From Folioceros fuciformis (lineage: Eukaryota): DNA of 61,078 nucleotides. The translations under genes and the position numbers were made by a program. Shown piece by piece: positions 53,102 through 61,078 of the stretch (the stretch's first letter is position 1; each line of letters starts with the position of its first letter). A model generated the notes under the pieces. That model was not told the DNA's origin, did no database searches, and saw nothing but the letters and a program-made list of their open reading frames with translations. The stretch lies in the NCBI GenBank assembly GCA_049999805.1, contig JBNGIO010006333.1, positions 566,792 through 627,869 of the forward strand. Direction: 5' to 3'.

Positions 53102-53429
53102 TTGTAGGGTTATTAAAGCCCAATGTGCTTAGGCTAATGTGTTTAGTCTAAGATTAGTGTCTAGTTAATGTGCTTAGACTAATGTGTTTAGTCTAAGATT
53201 AGTGTCTAGTTAAGTATCATTAGTTTAAATTAGCTTAAGCTAATCTGTAGGAAGCTTCTTGCGCAGCTTCCTGTGAGCTTCTTGTGAAGCTTCCTAGGGA
53301 GCTCTTCTAGAGGGTATAAATACCCCCTTGAGCTCCATTGCCAACCACTCTCAATGTGACCTCTTTTTCTCCTCTCCTCTCTGCCTCCTCTTCTCCTCTC
53401 CTCCATCATGCTCCTCTAGTGGTCCTACA

Positions 53430-53992
53430 TATATAGCTTGCTAGTCAAAGCTTTTTAGGCTAGACAAGAGAAGGGAATCCAAAAGAACCAAAATTTCACA
53501 TCGTTTTTAAACGATGGAGTTTATCCCACTTCTTAAGAGACCTGGTCTTTAATCTGATTAGATAGCTCGTTATCTTGTGAAGTTTGTCCATACTTATTTG
53601 ATTGCGGGCTATATATTAAGAAGCCAAAATATATTTTATCACTCAAAGTCTGTTAAGCACGGTCTGTCGCGGTTGATGTGTACGCTGGACATGAGATACT
53701 GTGTCTTTACTGTGCTCACTCTGGGTAACAGCTCACTCTGGGTAACACTATGGCACGGGTAACACTATGGCCGTGCCATAGTGTTACCCAGAGTCTCTTT
53801 CGCCCAACCCTACGCTGGATCTTGCGCTGGACCAGCTACTGCTGTGATTCTGCCAATCCGAAGGCCGACTGCAGTTCAGGGAAGAACAATTTTTTTTAAC
53901 ATCCGCACCTTAAAAAAGGAACTCCTATAGTTCTAGGAAAAGCTAAAGACTTTCTCCAGACTCGGGAAATCAGGCACACATCCCCACCTTGC
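53430..53992. repeat. Right copy of the ~530-bp flanking duplication; contains an added inverted repeat at 53735-53794
   Basis: Near-identical to 47510-48039 apart from the hairpin insertion and a small deletion. Confidence 0.9.
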
Positions 53993-54312
53993 TCAGAAGG
54001 CGAGGGAATTCTCCATTGGGCCGCTGGCTACTCGCAACTCCTTAGCTTCATAGCTTAGGGCAAGACAGGGCCAAGCAATCCCTTGGCTTCACACACATAA
54101 AGACAAGGAGTTGCTTGGCCCTGTCTGGCTGTAACAGTTCCACGACACCCGTCATGAAGAACGTTAGAAGTGCAGGGACAGTTCGACTGACCTTCATCTT
54201 CTAGTTTGGTAATAATCTTTGTCTTACTGCACTCCCCTCCCATTCGAAGCGACTGCTGATCCTTCCCCCCACCCCACCTGCAGCACTAGCACTAGCTGTG
54301 TCATAGTTCTTC

Positions 54313-57285
54313 TCATGGTCGACCATCACAACTGCAACAGCCAGCTGTGAACCGATGCACCCGGAACCCATCTCTTACAACAATGTCTCTCTTTTCAACC
54401 CTCGACATGATCTCCGTGGAACTGTGGCAGTCACTGCACATGCGTAGATTCTTTGTTACTAGCAGAGGTGCGCCACTGGGAGTGTTCAAGAGACCATAAG
54501 CCAGAGCTAGTTTCTCAGCATGCCCGCAAAGTGCGTCTTCCTTTTCCTTCTCAGAAACTGGTTTCAACACCAACTTCGTGTGCGGTATGTGGCCCCCTTC
54601 TTGCTTCACACGCGCATTCATGCTTTCTACCATGAGTGCAATTTCTTCTCTGTTTTCTCCCACCACAAATGTATGTCCCTGCTCCTCGACCTCAATACCC
54701 GCCACCGCAGGTTTCTTCTTAGCTCCTGCTGCCATTCGCTGTGATTCAATCCTCTTTACATCAATCCACCTACCTGCATCTGCATACGCGTTGGCCATCA
54801 GCACATACGCTGACGCATGCTGAGGCTCCAATATAACAAGGCTTTCGAAACAACGAATCGCCCTCTCTAAATCCCCAAAATGTTTGCAAGCATTCAGCAA
54901 AGACCTCAACCCAACGGCAATACTTTGACCTCCACATGATAATAACAAGTTCTCTGCCTCTTCTAAGTTGCCTGCACGTCCGAGAAGATCAACCATGCAA
55001 ATGTAATGCTCGCTAGTAGGTTTCATGTCATGACGTTCAACCATGGAATTGAAGTGCTTGCGACCCTCATCCACCAGTCCCTCATGACTGCATGCTGCTA
55101 ACACACTAGCAAAAGTAGCATCATCAGGCTGAATACCAGCGGCTAACATCTCCTCAAAACAAGCTAATGCCTTGTGACCTTCATCACATGTACCACACCC
55201 AGATATGAGTGCATTCCATGTTGTCACATCCTTTGTGCCTAAACTGTCAAAAACCCGGCGTGCCTCTTCTAGTTCACCACATTTTGCATACATGTCCACC
55301 AGGCCGGTGCTAGTCAATGTATCCTCCAGCAGTCCTCTATCCTCAATCTGTGATTGCAACCGCCTGCCCTTCTTTAAGGAACCAGTGCTTGCACAAGCCT
55401 TCAGCAGGCAGGCAAAAGTGACATGGTCAGCCACAATCAGGCCTTCCTGCTCCATTTGCGCATGCAGAACGAGGGCATCTTGGCCAAACCCTTGTTGTGC
55501 ATACGCAGCAATCAGGGCAGTCCATGTGACAACATTTTTTCTGGTCAAGCTGTCAAAAACCTCACGCGCATCTGTCAGTTCACCACATTTCGCATACATG
55601 TCCACCAGGGAGGTGCCTACCACAATGTTACTTAGAAGACCGCGTTCCACAATTTTCGAATGCAACTGCCTTCCCTTCTGTAAGGCACCAGTGCTTGCAC
55701 AGGCCTTCAGGAGGCATGCAAACGTCACATGGTCAGCCACAATCCGGGCATCCTGCTCCATTTGTCCATACAGAAACAGTGCGTCTTGCACAAGCCCTTG
55801 CTGTGAATACCCAGCAATCAGGGCATTCCATGTTACAACATTCTTTGTGGACAAGCTGTCAAAGATCTGGCGTGCACGTTCCAGTTCACCACATTTCGCA
55901 TACCCAACCATGAGGGAATTCCAGGTGATAACATCCTTGGAGGACAGGCCGTCGAAAACCTCCTGAGCTGCTTCCAAGTCACCACATTTTGCATACATGT
56001 CAACCAGGCAGTTGCCAACCAGCAAGTTATCGAGGAGTCCTCGTTCCACAATCTGTGCGTGCAGCTGCCTGCCCTTCTGTAAGGAACCCGTGCTTGCACA
56101 GGCCTTCAGAAGGCAAGCGAAAGTCACATGGTCAGCCACAATCAGGCCCTCCCTCTTCATTTGTCCATACAGAGCAATCGCATCCTGGCCAAGCCCTTGT
56201 TGTCCATACCCCCCAATAAGGGCATTCCATGTCACAACATCCTTGGAGGTCAAACTGTCAAAAACCCTGCGTGCATCGCTCAGTTCGCCACATTTTGCGT
56301 ACATGTCCACCAAGCAGTTGCCAACAAACAAGTCGGGAGGAATGCCACTGTGCAACACATCACAGTGCACTGTTCTGCCAGATTCCAAGTCCGCAGCGAG
56401 GCCACAAGCTTGGAGGGCAGCCACAAAGACGTGCGAATCTGCCTTAACGCCTGAGCGTTGCATCTCGTGGTACAACTGTATAGCCTCGTTGGGTTTCCCA
56501 TGTTTAGCATATGCAGAGATTATGGAACCCCACATGAAGGCATCTGGTTTGCCCACCCTGGTGAACACATCCATGGCCTCCCGTAGCCGACCTCCACATG
56601 CGTACATGCGCAAGATATGGTTCCCCAAGTATGTACTTGATTCGTACCCAAGTTCGACAGAGAGATCATGGACTCGTCGCCCTACACGCAGATCCTTCTT
56701 GGCAGCACACACTTTTAGCACATTAGACAACAGGGACTGAGAGATGGGACATTTCGTCTGCACCAGAGATTCCAGGGCTCCAAGCGCTTCAGTCAGGTTC
56801 CCCTGCTGACAAAATGCGCTCACGGTTGCAGGCGTTAAGAAGCTTGTTTCCCACTCTGCATGCGTGCCAGGCTCAGGCTTATCCCTACCGCCCAAATTCC
56901 ACTTGGCAGAAGAGTCACCATAAGATGCAAGCTGCTCGTCTACCCATGCCGGCTTGAACATGCTGTTTAACCAGAGGACCTCACCGGACCCTTTACGCCG
57001 GAAGTCAGGCGAACGGGAGCTCTTCTTATCTCGCCTGTTGTCCCACCACATGTCAGGGTCCAGGAAAAGTTGTCGCCACAAGAGCTCTTGTTCGTGACTA
57101 CGAGCATCGCTAGAGAATTCCTCCGCAGCCACACATCCTTCAGGAAGTGCTAATCTCCTGAAGGCTTGGTTGTATACCAGCGGTTGACTCCCTAAGGTAA
57201 GGTGAGCAGGAACTGGTCGTGGACTCTCCTTAAACCCAACGATTTTTTGGGTCCACGACAAATGAGGTTGCCATACTGTGGCCAT
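54313..57285 (-). CDS. Intronless PLS-class PPR protein with E1/E2 and a DYW:KP domain ending in GRP (putative U-to-C editing factor), N-terminal OSB-like PDF motif, ~990 aa
   Basis: Uninterrupted ORF from the first ATG at 57285. About 18 P/L/S/SS repeats, then KKKPAVAGIEV, CGHAEKLALAYG, KNLRMCSDCH and CSCDGRP*. Confidence 0.92.
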   Translation of the reverse strand: MATVWQPHLSWTQKIVGFKESPRPVPAHLTLGSQPLVYNQAFRRLALPEGCVAAEEFSSDARSHEQELLWRQLFLDPDMWWDNRRDKKSSRSPDFRRKGSGEVLWLNSMFKPAWVDEQLASYGDSSAKWNLGGRDKPEPGTHAEWETSFLTPATVSAFCQQGNLTEALGALESLVQTKCPISQSLLSNVLKVCAAKKDLRVGRRVHDLSVELGYESSTYLGNHILRMYACGGRLREAMDVFTRVGKPDAFMWGSIISAYAKHGKPNEAIQLYHEMQRSGVKADSHVFVAALQACGLAADLESGRTVHCDVLHSGIPPDLFVGNCLVDMYAKCGELSDARRVFDSLTSKDVVTWNALIGGYGQQGLGQDAIALYGQMKREGLIVADHVTFACLLKACASTGSLQKGRQLHAQIVERGLLDNLLVGNCLVDMYAKCGDLEAAQEVFDGLSSKDVITWNSLMVGYAKCGELERARQIFDSLSTKNVVTWNALIAGYSQQGLVQDALFLYGQMEQDARIVADHVTFACLLKACASTGALQKGRQLHSKIVERGLLSNIVVGTSLVDMYAKCGELTDAREVFDSLTRKNVVTWTALIAAYAQQGFGQDALVLHAQMEQEGLIVADHVTFACLLKACASTGSLKKGRRLQSQIEDRGLLEDTLTSTGLVDMYAKCGELEEARRVFDSLGTKDVTTWNALISGCGTCDEGHKALACFEEMLAAGIQPDDATFASVLAACSHEGLVDEGRKHFNSMVERHDMKPTSEHYICMVDLLGRAGNLEEAENLLLSCGGQSIAVGLRSLLNACKHFGDLERAIRCFESLVILEPQHASAYVLMANAYADAGRWIDVKRIESQRMAAGAKKKPAVAGIEVEEQGHTFVVGENREEIALMVESMNARVKQEGGHIPHTKLVLKPVSEKEKEDALCGHAEKLALAYGLLNTPSGAPLLVTKNLRMCSDCHSSTEIMSRVEKRDIVVRDGFRVHRFTAGCCSCDGRP

Positions 57286-57895
57286 CTTACAGGCACTGCT
57301 CGATGAGGCGCAAACCAAAATATGCAGACCGTGCCAGGATGCCTGGAACTCGGAGTGTACATGACCACAGCCCGCTTGGCAAGCACAGTGCAGACGGTGT
57401 AATAAGGCTCCCACGAGGACACCAACACGATAATGTACCCGTCGTCCCGTTTAACAGTAGAACAGTGGCCCAGGCGGCGGAGTAGCCTTGACGCGCATCC
57501 GCTCTCTTGCAGGAGGGCCGGCCCCACCATTATTCTGTACACCGTTGTGGATTGTGTACGAGAAGCCGCGACCTGGGCTTGCTGCGGTCCTGTCGATACC
57601 CAACCACCAGTAAGGCTGTGGGTAAAAAGTATGTATCCCTGCCAAAGTTGATGGCCATCGGTGTCGATATGTTAGCCTCGGCATAGTCCTTGTCTGCCAT
57701 CCTGCTGATGCACGGTAAGACTCGTCAATTTTTTTATTGAAGTGTCGCGGCCATGATCATTTGCGTTAGACAACATCCGCATTGGGCTTGCTAAGGCTAA
57801 AAGGGCGTTTGAGGTCATGCACATTCTTAGCACCTTCGCATCCTGCCAGAAGTTGCCTACTTTGCTATGCAGTTTCCGAGAGCGGTGCCTATAAG

Positions 57896-60895
57896 ATGGC
57901 CACAGTGTGGCAACCTGATTTGTCGTGCACCCAACAGAGTGTTGGGTGTACAGAGATTCGACAAGGAGTTCCAGCTCACCTCGCCGTGGAGGGTCAACCT
58001 CCTCCATGCAACCAAGCCTCCAGATGCACGAGCGTAAGGAAATCAGCAATTCCGACTGTATGGGTGGCTGGGGAAGGATTTCACAGGCATGGCCGTCGCC
58101 AGGATCAGGAGCTCTTGTGGCGACAATTTTTTCTAGACCCTACGTTGTGGTGGGACAACCGGCGGCAAAAGAAGAGCTCCCGCTCGCCTGACTTCCGCCG
58201 TAAAGGGTCCGGGGATGTCCTATGGTTAAACCATATGTTGAAGCCTGCTTGGGTGGATGAGCAGCTCGTGTCCTTGGATATCCGGATGGGTCATTGTTCC
58301 TCTCCTTTGACGTGGAACTCGATGGGTAAGGCTGAGTCTGGGAGTCGTTCAGGATTGGAGATGGGTGTTGTAACCCTTGTGACCGTGAGCACATTATGTC
58401 AAGAGGGCAAGCTTACTGAGGCTTTGGGAGTCCTGGAAGATCTGGCGCAGACAGACTATCCTATTTCGCAGTCTCTGTTGTACACTGTGGTAAAAGTATG
58501 TGCAGCTAAAAAAGATCTGGTTGTAGGGCGTCGAGTTCATGATCTGTGTGTCAACCTTGGATACGAGTCAAGTACATACTTGGGAAACCATATCTTGCGA
58601 ATGTATGCATGTGTAGGTAGGCTAGAGGAGGCCATGGATGTGTTCACCAGGGTAGGTAGCCCAGATGTCTTCATGTGGGGCTCCATAATCTCCGCACATG
58701 CTAAACATGGGAAGCCTAAGGAGGCTATACAATTGTACCATGAGATGCGAAGGTCAGGTTTGAAGGCGGATGCCCACGTCTTTGTGGCTGCCCTCCAAGC
58801 TTGTGCACTTGCTGCGGACTTGGAATCTGGCAGAAAAGTGCATTGTGATGTGTTGCGCAGTGGCAGTCCTCCTAACGTGTTTGTCGGCAATTGCCTGGTG
58901 GACATGTATGCCAAATGTGGCGAACTGAGGGATGCACGCGGGGTTTTCGACAGATTGGACAAGAAGGATGTGGTGACATGGAATGCCCTTGTAGCTGGGT
59001 ATGCAAAATGTGGGGACCTAGAAGGCGCACGACAGATTTTTGACGGCCTGGCCACAAAGGACGTGGTGACATGGAATGCTATGATTGCTGGGTATGCACA
59101 GCAAGGCCTTGACCAAGACGCGTTTGTTTTGTATGGGCAAATGGAGCAGCAAGGCTTAGTTGCGGCTAACCATGTTACTTTCGCTTCACTTCTGACCGCA
59201 TGTGCAAGCACTGGTGCTTTACAGAAGGGGAGGCAGTTGCACACACAGATTGTGAAACGAGGGCTGCTAAATAACGTACTGGTTGGCACCTGCCTGGTGG
59301 ACATGTATGCAAAATGTGGGGAACTGAGAGATGCACACAGGGTGTTCGACAGCTTGGCCACAAAGGCCGTGGTGACATGGAATGCCCTTATAGTTGGGTA
59401 TGCACAACAGGGACTTGGACAAGATGCGCTTGCTCTGTATGGACAAATGCAGGAGGAGGGACAAGTTGTGGCTGACCATGTTACTCTCTCTTGCCTTCTA
59501 AAGGCCTGTGCAAGCAGTGGTGCCTTACAGAAGGGCAGGCAGCTACACTCTCAGATTATGAAAAGAGGACTACTCGATAACATGCTGGTTGGCACCTCCC
59601 TAGTCGATATGTATGCAAAATGTGGCGAAGTGGAAAGTGCACGCCTGGTGTTTGACAGTTTGGCCACAAAGGACGTGGTGACATGGACGGCCCTGATTTC
59701 GGGTTATGCACAGCGAAGTTTTCCTCAAGAGGCGCTTGCTCTGTATGGGCAAATGGAAGAGGAGGGCCTGACAGTCGCTGACCATGTGACATTTTCTTGC
59801 CTTCTGAATGCATGTGGAAGCGCTGGTGCCTTGCAGACGGGCAGGCAGCTGCACTCACAGATTGTGGAAAGAGGTTTGATAAATAATAGACTGATTGGCA
59901 CCTGCCTGGTGGACATGTATGCGAAATGTGGTGAGCTGGAAGAAGCACGCCGGGTTTTTGATACCTTGGCCACCAAGGATGTGGCGACATGGAACGCCCT
60001 GATATCTGGGTGTGGCGCTTGTGATGAAGGACAGAAGGCATTAGCTTGTTTTGAAGAGATGTTAGCCGCTGGTATTCGGCCTGACGATGCTACTTTTATT
60101 TGTTTGTTAGTGGCATGCAGTCACGAGGGACTGGTGAACGAGGGTCGCAAGCACTTCAATTCGATGGTTGAACGTCATGGCAAAGAACCTACTACTGAGC
60201 ATTACATTTGCATGATTGATCTTCTCGGTCGCGCAGGGCACTTAGATGAGGCAGAGAAGTTGCTACTATCATGTGAGGTAGGAAGTAATGCTGTCGGGTT
60301 GAGGTCGTTGCTCAATGCGTGCAAAAATTACGGAGACATCGAGAGGGCGACTCGGTGTTTCGAAAGCCTTGTTGCGTTGGAGCCTCAGCACGCGTCGGCG
60401 TATGTGCTCATGGCCAATGCTTATGCAGACGCAGGTAGGTGGAGTGATGTAAAGAGGATTGAATCGCTGAGAAAGGCGGCTGGAGCTCAGAAGAAAGCTG
60501 CAGTGGCCGGAATTGAGGTCGAGCAGGAGGTACATACTTTTGTTGTGGGGGAAAACAGAGATGATCTTGTGCTCAAACTAGAGAGCACGAACGCACGTTT
60601 GAAGCGGGAAGGGGGCCACGTACCCGTCACAAAAGTGGTGTTGAAGCCAGTGTCAGAGAAGGAAAAGGAAGATGTGCTTTGCGGGCATGCTGAAAAGCTA
60701 GCTCTGGCGTATGGTCTATTGCACACTCCAAGTGGCACACCTCTTTTGGTAACGAAGAATCTTCGCATGTGCAGTGACTGCCACAGCTCCACGGAGATCA
60801 TGTCAAGGGTTGAGAAGAGAGCTATTGTTGTAAGGGATGGGTACCGTGTGCATCGGTTTGCAGCAGGTTGGTGCAGTTGCAAGGGTCGGCCTTGA
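57896..60895 (+). CDS. Intronless PLS-class PPR protein with E1/E2 and a DYW:KP-like domain ending in GRP (putative U-to-C editing factor), N-terminal OSB-like PDF motif, ~999 aa
   Basis: Uninterrupted ORF from the first ATG at 57896. About 18 P/L/S/SS repeats, then QKKAAVAGIEV, CGHAEKLALAYG, KNLRMCSDCH and CSCKGRP*. Confidence 0.92.
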   Translation: MATVWQPDLSCTQQSVGCTEIRQGVPAHLAVEGQPPPCNQASRCTSVRKSAIPTVWVAGEGFHRHGRRQDQELLWRQFFLDPTLWWDNRRQKKSSRSPDFRRKGSGDVLWLNHMLKPAWVDEQLVSLDIRMGHCSSPLTWNSMGKAESGSRSGLEMGVVTLVTVSTLCQEGKLTEALGVLEDLAQTDYPISQSLLYTVVKVCAAKKDLVVGRRVHDLCVNLGYESSTYLGNHILRMYACVGRLEEAMDVFTRVGSPDVFMWGSIISAHAKHGKPKEAIQLYHEMRRSGLKADAHVFVAALQACALAADLESGRKVHCDVLRSGSPPNVFVGNCLVDMYAKCGELRDARGVFDRLDKKDVVTWNALVAGYAKCGDLEGARQIFDGLATKDVVTWNAMIAGYAQQGLDQDAFVLYGQMEQQGLVAANHVTFASLLTACASTGALQKGRQLHTQIVKRGLLNNVLVGTCLVDMYAKCGELRDAHRVFDSLATKAVVTWNALIVGYAQQGLGQDALALYGQMQEEGQVVADHVTLSCLLKACASSGALQKGRQLHSQIMKRGLLDNMLVGTSLVDMYAKCGEVESARLVFDSLATKDVVTWTALISGYAQRSFPQEALALYGQMEEEGLTVADHVTFSCLLNACGSAGALQTGRQLHSQIVERGLINNRLIGTCLVDMYAKCGELEEARRVFDTLATKDVATWNALISGCGACDEGQKALACFEEMLAAGIRPDDATFICLLVACSHEGLVNEGRKHFNSMVERHGKEPTTEHYICMIDLLGRAGHLDEAEKLLLSCEVGSNAVGLRSLLNACKNYGDIERATRCFESLVALEPQHASAYVLMANAYADAGRWSDVKRIESLRKAAGAQKKAAVAGIEVEQEVHTFVVGENRDDLVLKLESTNARLKREGGHVPVTKVVLKPVSEKEKEDVLCGHAEKLALAYGLLHTPSGTPLLVTKNLRMCSDCHSSTEIMSRVEKRAIVVRDGYRVHRFAAGWCSCKGRP

Positions 60896-60940
60896 GATCG
60901 AAATTGTGGGCTGTGCTCAGCGGGTGGGATGGGGACGGTG

Positions 60941-61078
60941 GGAAAGAACCTCTTCTCAGTTAGAAAGGTAGATGAATCAGGCTGTTACGTATGCTTCGGG
61001 GATGGTCACTGCATCATTGAAACCCCGCAAGGGGAACTCCTTGCTACAGGAGCCTTACAAAACAACGACTTGTGTTAC
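60941..61078 (+). mobile_element. Copia-like pol fragment (linker between protease and integrase), running to the window edge
   Basis: Translates as GKNLFSVRKVDESGCYVCFGDGHCIIETPQGELLATGALQNNDLCY, similar to KSMISVGQLDDAGYHCWFGDRSWKISKGSLVIARG in the Copia ORF at ~49970. Confidence 0.6.

Larger units (their letters stand above)
48035..53429 (+). mobile_element. Ty1/Copia LTR retrotransposon with a 5'-truncated 5' LTR (~48035-48230) and a complete 327-bp 3' LTR (53103-53429)
   Basis: The 3' LTR runs TGTAGG...CCTACA. The 5' LTR matches only its distal part and ends in CCTACA. PBS at 48233, PPT at 53092, gag-PR-IN-RT-RH domain order. Confidence 0.95.

Noticed and set aside
57286-57895. N-terminal extensions of the PPR ORFs given by the ORF track (starts at 57414 and 57782)
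   Set aside because: These begin at GTG/TTG. Both genes share a conserved ATG context at MATVWQP.
55205-60882. Long antisense ORFs over the PPR genes
   Set aside because: These are shadow frames of repetitive PPR codons with no independent protein features.

Overview
Plant nuclear DNA with compact, roughly 100-bp introns. It is most likely a hornwort, inferred from PPR editing factors of the DYW:KP class that end in GRP. In order, the window holds: a 5'-partial CGF/NiCoT-like membrane protein gene; L-arabinokinase (ARA1) with three GC-AG introns; a decayed Penelope-like retroelement (Chlamys/Naiad type) between long direct repeats; a TIFY8-like gene; an AG-peptide gene; a 40/24-bp minisatellite; GCP4; SmG; a divergent ubiquitin E1; a FEX fluoride exporter; a Ty1/Copia element with an unusual ~530-bp flanking duplication; and four paralogous PLS-PPR-DYW:KP genes (two intact and head-to-head, two pseudogenes). 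The main finding is that all four PPR copies carry an N-terminal OSB-type 'PDF' motif (LW..FF.DP..WWDNR..K...RSPDF++K..G+.LWL....P.WV), a module known as an organellar ssDNA-binding unit. Here it is fused to a putative U-to-C RNA editing enzyme. Also notable are an E1 with an animal/fungal-like catalytic-Cys motif and an altered adenylation motif, and a newly formed perfect 24-bp hairpin. All calls come from reading the sequence and from recalled family motifs; no database search was run.
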